From sequence record DRR723986_1369: a DNA stretch of 32,560 nt. One strand, given 5' to 3'. A program made the translations under genes and the position numbers. The notes under the pieces are model-generated. The model had not been told where the DNA came from. It did no database searches and worked only from the letters and a program-made list of their open reading frames with translations. Below are positions 21,130 to 29,385 of this stretch, in pieces; the first letter of the stretch is position 1, and each line of letters opens with the position of its first letter.

Positions 21130-21159
21130 ATAGTACCATGCGAAAGCCGGTTTTCTCAA
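21130..21159 (-). promoter_or_regulatory. sigma70 promoter of the rpsU-yqeY-dnaG-rpoD operon
   Basis: Minus strand TTGAGA-N18-TACTAT with a TG extended -10. Confidence 0.55.
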
Positions 21160-21169
21160 GGATTTTCAA

Positions 21170-22399
21170 CTATTTTTGGCCCAATATCGCATGGGCTGCG
21201 GTGTAGCCACTGGCCCAAGCCCACTGGAAGTTGTAGCCACCCAACCAGCCTGTGACATCCACCACCTCTCCAATGAAGTACAGGCCTGGAATTTTGCGCG
21301 ACTCGAGGGTTTTAGCTTGCAAATCAGCGGTGCTAACCCCGCCGCGCATCACTTCGGCTTTTTTGTAACCTTCGGTGCCACTGGGCACCAGCTGCCAGGC
21401 TGCAATTAGCTGCGCCAGCGGGCCCAACTGCTTTTTACCCAACTCGGCCACCTTGCGACCAGCAATGGTCTGCAGTTCAGGCTTCTTCAACCAGGCTTGT
21501 GCCAAACGCTTGGGCCAATGTGGCACTTGCGCTGCAAACCAGTTTTCGGCATTGGCTTTCGCACCCAGCGTGGCCTGTAACAAATCGGTTTGTAGCGCCG
21601 CTGCGTCGGTTTGCCGGCCAGCCAGGTTCAGCGTAATTGGCTTGCCCGGATTCCAGTAAGTAGAGGCCTGCAGCACGGCAGGGCCACTCAAGCCCCGGTG
21701 GGTAAACAACAAGTCTTCATCAAACCAGGGGGCGTGGGGGTCGCTACCGCGGCTGTACACCGGCAACGCAACCCCTGCCAATTCAACAAAGGGCTCCCAC
21801 TGGGCAGAATCAAAGGTCAGCGGCACCAGTGCCGGCCTTTGATCCACCAGCGCATGGCCAAACTGCTTGGCCAACTTCAGACCAAAATCAGTGGCGCCTA
21901 TCTTGGGCACGGGCAAACCACCTGTGGCCACCACCACATTGCGAGCCTGCAGGGCACCTGCCGTGGTGGTCAATTTGAAGTAGCTGCCATCGTGCTCAAC
22001 GAGGTTCACGCTGTGCGGTCGAAACCATTTCACTTTGCCGGCATTGCATTCAGCCGCCAACATGTCGATGATGTCATCGCTTTTGCGGTCACAAAACAAC
22101 TGACCTTTGTGCTTTTCATGGAATGGTATGTTGTATTGCTTGACCAATCCAATGAAATTGGCGGGTGTGTAACGCATCAAGGCAGTGCGCGCAAACTTTG
22201 GGTTTTCCGAAATGAAATTGCCCTCAGACACATTCATGTTGGTGAAATTGCAACGCCCGCCACCACTGATTCGAATCTTTTCGGCCAGTTTTTCGCTGTG
22301 GTCCAACAAGGCGACCCGCAAACCACCCTGCCCGGCCTGTGCGGCACACATCAGTCCAGCAGCACCGGCTCCAATTACGATCACATCAAACTGCTGCAT
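21170..22399 (-). CDS. NAD(P)/FAD-dependent oxidoreductase, BaiN/HI0933 (YhiN) family
   Basis: IGAGAAG, KIRISGGGRCNFTN, ATGG, LFTHRGLSGP, GWLGGYNFQWAWASG; start moved to ATG 22399, overlapping the ybiB 3' end. Confidence 0.93.
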   Translation of the reverse strand: MQQFDVIVIGAGAAGLMCAAQAGQGGLRVALLDHSEKLAEKIRISGGGRCNFTNMNVSEGNFISENPKFARTALMRYTPANFIGLVKQYNIPFHEKHKGQLFCDRKSDDIIDMLAAECNAGKVKWFRPHSVNLVEHDGSYFKLTTTAGALQARNVVVATGGLPVPKIGATDFGLKLAKQFGHALVDQRPALVPLTFDSAQWEPFVELAGVALPVYSRGSDPHAPWFDEDLLFTHRGLSGPAVLQASTYWNPGKPITLNLAGRQTDAAALQTDLLQATLGAKANAENWFAAQVPHWPKRLAQAWLKKPELQTIAGRKVAELGKKQLGPLAQLIAAWQLVPSGTEGYKKAEVMRGGVSTADLQAKTLESRKIPGLYFIGEVVDVTGWLGGYNFQWAWASGYTAAHAILGQK

Positions 22400-23372
22400 G
22401 GCTTGCTGCGCGGTGTATTGCCTCAATCGCATCCAGTTGTCGCGCAAAACCATGCGGCATTTCCTGCGGATTGTTCAGCCACATTTCAATCAAGCGCGCG
22501 GTTGATTCTGCGTCGATGTCGGGGTGGGGATCAGGCTGCTCGGTGAACAGGTTTTCGGGCTCGGAAATACACCAGGTGCGACCGGCTTTCACGCCATCCA
22601 TACGAGGGCTGCGGTAGGGTGCAGCCACCGGTTCACCTTCGTGGCCGCGCAACACCAGTGCAGTGTGACCAGTAGCGCAGAGCACCTCACGCTGTAAAGT
22701 CCAGAATTCCGGGTGGGTATAACTGGTCACCAGCAAAGCATCTGCAAACGCACTGGGCACAATCAGCTTGACCAGCGTGTGCGTGCAACTGCGAACGCCC
22801 AGCATTTTGCGGGTTTGCAACAAGGCTTCAATACGCGGGTAAATTTGCGCCATGGGCAAGTACACTGGAGCAGGATGAGACAGGTCCACTGCGTTCCAGT
22901 TCAAGTGAGCAAATACCTCTGCACTGGTCACTCGCCCTGTAAAGTCACTTTGCAAGCCATGAACCAGTACAGGGTAGCCGCGCTGCGCCAAAAGGCCCGC
23001 CAACAGCGGGGTAAAGTTGGGCTTGCGTCGTGCACCGTTGTAGCTGGGAATCACAATGACAGGTTTGCCCTCGGCCCGGGATCGCGCGTTGAGCGCTTGC
23101 AGGGTGTGAAAATGCGGCGAATGGCTCTCGTCGGGCCAGTGCTCGGCGATGGCTTGCAAAAAACCGATCAACTCGTCGTGGCTTTCGCCCTTGACACGCA
23201 ATGCAATCAGCACCGCGCCCAGTTCAAAATCGGACACCTCACCGCGCAAAATGGCTGAAAACAGGGTTTTGGCTTGATCAAGGGGCAAGCCACGAGCACC
23301 ATCCTTCCCGCGACCAATTTCTTTAATGAATGGTGCGCAGGAAAAATTGCCAGTTTGGATGGAATTGGGCAT
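22386..23372 (-). CDS. ybiB: YbiB family protein (anthranilate phosphoribosyltransferase/TrpD-like fold, DNA-binding)
   Basis: FIKEIGRGKDGARGL, ALRVKGES, IPSYNGARRKPN, LGVRSCTHTLVKL, SYTHPEF, RGHEGEP. Confidence 0.9.
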   Translation of the reverse strand: MPNSIQTGNFSCAPFIKEIGRGKDGARGLPLDQAKTLFSAILRGEVSDFELGAVLIALRVKGESHDELIGFLQAIAEHWPDESHSPHFHTLQALNARSRAEGKPVIVIPSYNGARRKPNFTPLLAGLLAQRGYPVLVHGLQSDFTGRVTSAEVFAHLNWNAVDLSHPAPVYLPMAQIYPRIEALLQTRKMLGVRSCTHTLVKLIVPSAFADALLVTSYTHPEFWTLQREVLCATGHTALVLRGHEGEPVAAPYRSPRMDGVKAGRTWCISEPENLFTEQPDPHPDIDAESTARLIEMWLNNPQEMPHGFARQLDAIEAIHRAASHAAV

Positions 23373-23389
23373 GTCGGCTCAAGAGAAAC

Positions 23390-26239
23390 TCAAGGCGCTA
23401 TTGTAGCAAGGCTGGCCTGTGCGCGAATCAGTTTCCGAATTTCAGGCACACAGGAACCACATTGCGTGCCGCATTTCAGGTTGGCCTGTAAACCAGTGAG
23501 CACTTCATTTTCATCGCCAAATGGGTTTACACCAGAACTTTTTGCGCAGGCAATCGCAATTCCGGCCTGTATGGCCTGTTCAGAAACACCCACACAGTTG
23601 CACACCATGCGCACTGCTTCGGTGTGTACCCCAGGTGGCTGGCTTGCTGGCGCCAAAAGAAAACTGCGCAGGGGCATGACATCCAGTTGTTGATCAAAAT
23701 AATTTCTCAACCACGCCTCGGATTCGATATTACCCGCCAAGAACACCTTGCTCAGCATGGCTTTTTGACCTTGGGGTGTAGCTTGTAACTTCACACCGAT
23801 TCGCCGCTGTGCGTTGGTTCTCGGATCGGAATACACCATGACGTCGCCACCCTCGCATTCAAACAAAGCTTGCAAACGGTCAACAATCTCCTTACCTGGT
23901 GCCTGCGCACTGGCTGCACGAAACAGCACACCGGTTTGTTCACGGCCGACGGGTACGCACACTGCCGCGTCAAATTCCGAGTACAGCGCTCGGGCTTTTT
24001 GCCACAGACTTAACCAGTGTTCACTGTGCACAAACACCACCACTTGCCAGGGCAAATGAGCGCGTTGAATATGCACAGCGGAATGCTTTAGTTCAGGCTG
24101 CTTGGAATACGGATCAAAGGCCTCTGTGGTGAGCGCATTCACGCCACCAACACCCGACTTTCCACCAAAAAACTCTGGCCCCCAATGCATGGGCAACACG
24201 GCCTGGTTGCGTGCAACCGATTCGTCTTCTTTCGCACGCAACGTAATGGTGGCACGGCGAGACTTCACCGACACCCATCCGTTGGGTTTCAAATTCAGGC
24301 GCTTGAAATCGGCCGGGTGCAAGGTAATCACTGGCTCGGCTTCGTGCGAAAAAAATTCGGCCAAAGTACCTGTGCGGCTAGCACCATGCCATTGATCACG
24401 CAGGCGCCCGGTGTTCAAGCGCCATGGGAAGCGTGCATCAGCCTCTTCGGCCACGGGTTCATAATTGGCAAATACAAACTTGGCCTTGCCTGAAGTGGTG
24501 GGGTAGACCCCGTCCTCGTACAGGCGTGTTTTGCCCTGGGCTGCGCCTTCAGGCATGGGCCATTGTTGCGGGCCCATGGTTTCCAAGGTTGCATAACTCA
24601 ATCCCGTAATGTCGAGATCACGGCCCCGCGTGGTTTCGCGATGCTCGTTGAAAATTTCTTCGGTGCTGGTGTAGGGCATAAAAGCTTCAGCGCCACCCGG
24701 CACGCGTGGGCTTTCAACACCCAGTTTTTGCAATTCAACTTCTAGGCGTTTTGCAAACTCCACCACGATTTGCCAATCGTTTTTTGAATCCGCATAGGCA
24801 GGCATGGCAGGCCGCACGCGGCTGATTCGCCTTTCGCTGTTGGTGACCGTACCTTCCTTTTCCCCCCAGGTGGTAGCCGGCAATAAAACATCGGCATACT
24901 GAACGGTGGCAGGCGTCAGGTAAGCGTCTTGCACCACCACCAATTCAGCGTTTTGCAAGGCACGCGCCACTTTTTGCGAATTGGGCAATGAATGCGCCGG
25001 GTTGGTACACGCCACCCACACGGCTTTTATTTTGCCTTGTTCCAGTTGATCAAACATTTCGACTGCACTGGCACCCGGTGTTGCACTGATTTGCTTCACG
25101 CCCCAGAACTTCGCCACCTCTGCAACATGGGCGGGGTTGTTCAATTCGCGGTGCGCGGGCAACAAAGTGGACAAGCCGCCGACCTCGCGACCACCCATGG
25201 CGTTGGGTTGCCCCGTCAGCGAAAACGGGCCGGAACCTTCTTTGCCAATTTGCCCTGTGGCCAAATGCAGGGCAATCAGCGCGGTATTTTTATCAGTTCC
25301 CGTGGTGGCCTGGTTCAACCCTTGGCAATACAGGGAGAGTGTCCTGTTGCTTTGGGCGAACCAGGTGGCAGCCAATACAATGTCTGCCTCGGGAACTCCA
25401 CACACGCTGGCAGCCAGCTTGGGGGTGTAATCGACCACCCCCTTGGCCACGGCATCAAAGCCCTCTGTGTGTTTGTTGATGTAGGCCATGTCAAGCCAAC
25501 CGTTTTGCATCATCACGTGCAACATGGCGTTGAACAACATCACGTCGGTGCCTGGCTGAATTTTCAGATGCAAATCAGCCATCAGCGCGGTGTCGGTTGC
25601 GCGGGGGTCAACCACAATCAGTTTGTGACCGGGGTTGGCAGCCCGCGCGGCTTCAAGCCTGCGGTAAGCCACTGGGTGCGCATACGCCATGTTGGAACCG
25701 GCAATAAACACGCAATCAGCCAAGGTCAAATCATCGTAATTGCAGGGCGGTGCGTCTGCACCCAGCGTGCGTTTGTAACCGCTCACGGCGCTGCTCATGC
25801 ACAAGCGTGAATTGGTGTCGATGTTGTTGGTGCCGATCAAACCCTTCGCGAGTTTGTTGAACACATAATAATCTTCAGTCAGCAGTTGCCCGCTGATGTA
25901 AAAGCCGACGCTGTCGGGTCCATACGTGGCAATCAACCTTGCAAATTCGCGTGCGGTGAAATCAAGCGCGGTGTTCCAGTCAGTGGGCGCCACTCGCTGG
26001 TCGCGCTGAATGCGCAGCAAAGGCTGATTGGCCCGCACTTGCCCGTACACATTTGCGGTTGCAGTTTCAGCCAGTTTGCTGCCCTTACTGCACAATTTAC
26101 CCAGGTTGGCCGGGTGCGTTTCATCGCCCTTTACGTCAATGATTTTCCCGCCTTGCGTGCGCACCACGACACCACAACCCACACCACAATAAGGACAGGT
26201 TGTTTTGGTGCTTTGAATGGATTGCAGCAGTTCGGTCAT
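23390..26239 (-). CDS. nasA: Assimilatory nitrate reductase catalytic subunit (Mo-bis-MGD, N-terminal 4Fe-4S, C-terminal BFD-like 2Fe-2S)
   Basis: TCPYCGVGCG...LCSKG, NSRLCMSSA, GQPNAMGGRE, EKEGTVTNSERR, LNTGRLRDQWH, CNCVGV...CGTQCGSC. Confidence 0.95.
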   Translation of the reverse strand: MTELLQSIQSTKTTCPYCGVGCGVVVRTQGGKIIDVKGDETHPANLGKLCSKGSKLAETATANVYGQVRANQPLLRIQRDQRVAPTDWNTALDFTAREFARLIATYGPDSVGFYISGQLLTEDYYVFNKLAKGLIGTNNIDTNSRLCMSSAVSGYKRTLGADAPPCNYDDLTLADCVFIAGSNMAYAHPVAYRRLEAARAANPGHKLIVVDPRATDTALMADLHLKIQPGTDVMLFNAMLHVMMQNGWLDMAYINKHTEGFDAVAKGVVDYTPKLAASVCGVPEADIVLAATWFAQSNRTLSLYCQGLNQATTGTDKNTALIALHLATGQIGKEGSGPFSLTGQPNAMGGREVGGLSTLLPAHRELNNPAHVAEVAKFWGVKQISATPGASAVEMFDQLEQGKIKAVWVACTNPAHSLPNSQKVARALQNAELVVVQDAYLTPATVQYADVLLPATTWGEKEGTVTNSERRISRVRPAMPAYADSKNDWQIVVEFAKRLEVELQKLGVESPRVPGGAEAFMPYTSTEEIFNEHRETTRGRDLDITGLSYATLETMGPQQWPMPEGAAQGKTRLYEDGVYPTTSGKAKFVFANYEPVAEEADARFPWRLNTGRLRDQWHGASRTGTLAEFFSHEAEPVITLHPADFKRLNLKPNGWVSVKSRRATITLRAKEDESVARNQAVLPMHWGPEFFGGKSGVGGVNALTTEAFDPYSKQPELKHSAVHIQRAHLPWQVVVFVHSEHWLSLWQKARALYSEFDAAVCVPVGREQTGVLFRAASAQAPGKEIVDRLQALFECEGGDVMVYSDPRTNAQRRIGVKLQATPQGQKAMLSKVFLAGNIESEAWLRNYFDQQLDVMPLRSFLLAPASQPPGVHTEAVRMVCNCVGVSEQAIQAGIAIACAKSSGVNPFGDENEVLTGLQANLKCGTQCGSCVPEIRKLIRAQASLATIAP

Positions 26240-26259
26240 TGAGCAGTAATTCCGAAAAA

Positions 26260-26592
26260 TTAAATACCGTGGTTTTTCACTTCACTGGCTTTCAAATGCA
26301 CGCGGCCATCAACCACCTGCACCGTGAATTTGGCGGTGCAGCCTTCATCGGGTTCGCGTGCGCAGCCATCGGCCAAACCAATTTGCCAATTGTGCAGAGG
26401 ACAAGTGACCGTGGTGCCATGAACGATGCCCTGGCTCAAGGGGCCTTTTTTGTGTGGACATTCATCCAGCAAGGCAAACACCTGTTCTTCGCTGTTACGA
26501 AATATTGCAATGTCTTGCCCGGTGGGGCGGCGCACGATGCGTGACCCCAATACAGGGATGTCTTCCACGGCGCAAATGTCGATCCATTCCAT
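26260..26592 (-). CDS. nirD: Nitrite reductase [NAD(P)H] small subunit (Rieske type)
   Basis: CPHKKGPLSQG...VTCPLHNW Rieske motifs; start moved to ATG 26592 with AAGGAA RBS. Confidence 0.93.
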   Translation of the reverse strand: MEWIDICAVEDIPVLGSRIVRRPTGQDIAIFRNSEEQVFALLDECPHKKGPLSQGIVHGTTVTCPLHNWQIGLADGCAREPDEGCTAKFTVQVVDGRVHLKASEVKNHGI

Positions 26593-26630
26593 TTGAATTT
26601 CCTTCCGTTCCTTAAGTAGTGAAGCCGACA

Positions 26631-29087
26631 TTAGACCACCTCCGCCAGTTTGATTGGAATGAACTGGCGCAAATCAACCTGTGCTTCCTTGGGCTTGTGC
26701 CACGGGTCTTCCTCAATGGCCAGCGCGGCCTGAAGTTCAGCCCACAAGGCGTTGCGATTGGCAACATCGTCAATCACTTTGGCTTTTACATGATCAAGAC
26801 CGACACGTTCCAGGTAATGCACCGTGCGCTCGAGGTACCAACCTTCTTTTCGGTACAACTGCAGGAAAGCACCGCTCACAGCCATCACTTCATCAGAGGT
26901 TTTAACGCGACACAGAAACTGGGCCACTTCGGTTTTAATGCCGCCGTTGCCACCCACATAAATTTCCCAGCCAGAATCCACGCCGATGACGCCCACATCT
27001 TTGATGCCACTCTCTGCGCAGTTTCGCGGGCAGCCCGACACGGCCAGCTTCACTTTGTGGGGCGCGTACATTTTGAACAAACCGCGTTCAAGGTCTTTGC
27101 CCATTTGCGTGCTGTCTTGCGTGCCAAAGCGGCACCATTCGCTGCCCACACAGGTTTTTACGGTGCGCAAACCTTTGGCATAAGCGTGACCGCTAGGCAT
27201 GTCCAGGTCTTTCCACACATTCTGCAAATCTTCTTTTTTGACACCCAGCAAATCGATGCGCTGACCACCTGTTACCTTCACGGTGGGAATGTTGTACTTG
27301 TCGACCACATCGGCGATGCGGCGCAGTTCCGCCGCAGTGGTTTCCCCACCCCACATGCGTGGCACCACCGAATAGGTTTTGTCTTTCTGAATGTTGGCGT
27401 GCGCGCGTTCATTGATGAAACGGCTTTGCGGATCGTCCACCGCCTCGCCAGGCCACGAGCTGATCAGGTAATAATTCACGGCGGGGCGGCAAGTCGCGCA
27501 GCCATTGGGTGTGCGCCAGTTCATGGCAGCAAACACTTCTTCCTTGGTGGTGAAGTGGTGCTTGAAAATCGCATCGCGAACCACTTGATGCCCATGGTCA
27601 GTACAGCCACACATGGGTTTTGTTTTCGGCGTGGCAGAGTAATCAGCGCCCGCCGTGCTCATCAAAATTTGCTCGCACAAACCAGTGCACGAACCACAGC
27701 TCGCACTGGCCTTGGTGTGCTTGCGCACTTCTTCAATGGTGAACAAACCTTTGGTTTTAATGGCCTGCACAATGGTGCCTTTACACACGCCATTACAGCC
27801 ACACACCTCATCGCTGTCTGCCATTTTGCTGGCTTGGCTTTGCCCTTCGTGACCTGTATCGCCAATATTGTTCTGGCCGAACATCAGCTTGTCCCGGATT
27901 TCCTTGATGGCTTTGCCTTCACGCATCAACTTGAAATACCAGGAGCCGTCGACTGTGTCACCGTAAAGGCAGGCGCCCACCAGTTTGTCTTCCTTGATCA
28001 CCAGTTTTTTGTGAACTCCACCAATGGGGTCGGAGAGCAGCAATTCCTCAAATCCTTCTCCACCCATGAAGTTGCCCGCGGAGAACAGATCAACACCCGT
28101 GACCTTCAGCTTGGTTGAAGTAACTGAACCCTCGTAACGGCCAATGCCGAACTGCGCCAAGTGGTTGGCGCACACTTTGGCCTGTTCAAACAAAGGTGCA
28201 ACCAAACCGTAAGCAACACCACGGTGGCTGGCACATTCGCCCACGGAGTAAATTTTTGGATCGGTGATGGTTTGCATGGTATCGTTGACCACTACACCGC
28301 GGTTGCAGTGCAATCCACTGCTGGCAGCCAGCTTGTCGTTCGGACGAATACCCACGGCCATCACAACCAGGTCGGCATCGTGTACCTCCCCGTCGGCAAA
28401 TTCAATCTTGGCGACTCGACCGTCAGGCCCCGCATGCAGTGCCTTGGTATTTTTAGCCAGCAAAAATTTCAGGCCTTTGGATTCAAGACTTTTCTGCAAC
28501 AGGCCTGCCGCAGTGGGGTCAAGTTGGCGTTCCATTAACCAGGTGGGCAAATGCACCACACTCACGTCCATGCCCTGAATGGCCAAACCATTGGCGGCTT
28601 CCAAGCCCAACAAACCGCCACCGATCACGACGGCTTTTTTGTAGTGCTTGGCGGCGTCCAACATGGCCTCGGTATCGGCAATATCACGGTAACCGATTAC
28701 GCCAGGCAAGGTTGAACCCGGCACAGGGAGAATGAAAGAGTTGGATCCTGTGGCCAATAGAAGGCGATCATAAGGTGCACTAGTGCCGTCTGCACATTTC
28801 ACCAAGCGCTTTACACGATCGATTTCGGTGACCTCACGCCCCACGTGCAGTGTGATGTTGTTGCTGGTATACCAGTCCCAGTCATTGAGCACGATTTCAT
28901 CGAATTTCTGCTCTCCAGCCAATACAGGCGAAAGCATGATCCGGTTGTAGTTGGGATGTGGCTCGGCGCCAAACACGGTGATTTCATACAATTCAGGGGC
29001 GAGCTTGATCAACTCCTCGACCACCCGGATACCGGCCATGCCGTTACCAATTACCACCAGCTTCTGTTTTTTGACGGACATCAGCAT
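26631..29087 (-). CDS. nirB: Nitrite reductase [NAD(P)H] large subunit
   Basis: GNGMAG FAD site, GGGLLGLEAA, two BFD-like Cys clusters, KTCVGSEWC and SGCPRNC siroheme/4Fe-4S ligands. Confidence 0.97.
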   Translation of the reverse strand: MLMSVKKQKLVVIGNGMAGIRVVEELIKLAPELYEITVFGAEPHPNYNRIMLSPVLAGEQKFDEIVLNDWDWYTSNNITLHVGREVTEIDRVKRLVKCADGTSAPYDRLLLATGSNSFILPVPGSTLPGVIGYRDIADTEAMLDAAKHYKKAVVIGGGLLGLEAANGLAIQGMDVSVVHLPTWLMERQLDPTAAGLLQKSLESKGLKFLLAKNTKALHAGPDGRVAKIEFADGEVHDADLVVMAVGIRPNDKLAASSGLHCNRGVVVNDTMQTITDPKIYSVGECASHRGVAYGLVAPLFEQAKVCANHLAQFGIGRYEGSVTSTKLKVTGVDLFSAGNFMGGEGFEELLLSDPIGGVHKKLVIKEDKLVGACLYGDTVDGSWYFKLMREGKAIKEIRDKLMFGQNNIGDTGHEGQSQASKMADSDEVCGCNGVCKGTIVQAIKTKGLFTIEEVRKHTKASASCGSCTGLCEQILMSTAGADYSATPKTKPMCGCTDHGHQVVRDAIFKHHFTTKEEVFAAMNWRTPNGCATCRPAVNYYLISSWPGEAVDDPQSRFINERAHANIQKDKTYSVVPRMWGGETTAAELRRIADVVDKYNIPTVKVTGGQRIDLLGVKKEDLQNVWKDLDMPSGHAYAKGLRTVKTCVGSEWCRFGTQDSTQMGKDLERGLFKMYAPHKVKLAVSGCPRNCAESGIKDVGVIGVDSGWEIYVGGNGGIKTEVAQFLCRVKTSDEVMAVSGAFLQLYRKEGWYLERTVHYLERVGLDHVKAKVIDDVANRNALWAELQAALAIEEDPWHKPKEAQVDLRQFIPIKLAEVV

Positions 29088-29108
29088 ACTATTAATCCCA
29101 ATTTACCC

Positions 29109-29154
29109 AAAAAAAAAACGGCCCCCGGCTGCACGAAGCAGCACGGACGCCGTT
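29109..29154 (-). terminator. Leader intrinsic terminator (attenuator) upstream of nirB
   Basis: Minus strand AACGGCGTCCGTGCTGC-TTCGT-GCAGCCGGGGGCCGTT followed by a poly-T run (10 T in total). Confidence 0.85.
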
Positions 29155-29232
29155 GTCCAACTCCCTTGGTCGCTTTCACAACCGCGGGAGACCTGTCAAT
29201 CCACCTGCAGATCGCCGCCGTTGACGACCTAC
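29109..29232 (-). ncRNA. ANTAR (NasT/NasR-type) antitermination leader RNA of the nirBD-nasA operon
   Basis: Two hairpins with identical AACGGC hexaloops (A1, G4): 29207-29232 and GGAC-AACGGC-GTCC at 29145-29158, the second overlapping the terminator 5' arm. Confidence 0.85.
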
Positions 29233-29243
29233 AACCTTGCTAA

Positions 29244-29260
29244 TGCAAGGGACGTGCCAG
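29244..29260 (-). promoter_or_regulatory. sigma54 (-24/-12) promoter of the nir/nas operon
   Basis: Minus strand CTGGCACGTCCCTTGCA = TGGCAC-N5-TTGCA. Confidence 0.9.
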
Positions 29261-29332
29261 CCAATTCAGTGTGGTTTTGCACCACAAAGAGGCTGATTCC
29301 GGTGAAATGGAGAAGTATTGAATGGAAGGGCT

Positions 29333-29367
29333 GGCACCCAACTAGTGCAGCGCACCATTCTGTGTAG
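29333..29367. promoter_or_regulatory. NtrC-type enhancer site(s)
   Basis: GGCACCCAACTAGTGCA (29333-29349) matches TGCACCA-N3-TGGTGCA about 108 bp upstream of the inferred +1; weaker sites CGCACCATT at 29351 and TGCACCA at 29278. Confidence 0.65.
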
Positions 29368-29385
29368 AACGGTGCGCCTTTTTGA

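Noticed and set aside
26619..28118. 499-aa plus-strand ORF antisense to nirB, and similar shadow ORFs opposite desB, nasA and the flavoprotein
   Set aside because: They overlap well-supported genes on the opposite strand and have no recognisable domains
29350..29383. GCGCACC...GGTGCGC hairpin as terminator of the CocE-like gene
   Set aside because: The T-run is on the wrong strand for that gene, and the arms are equally explained as NtrC half sites
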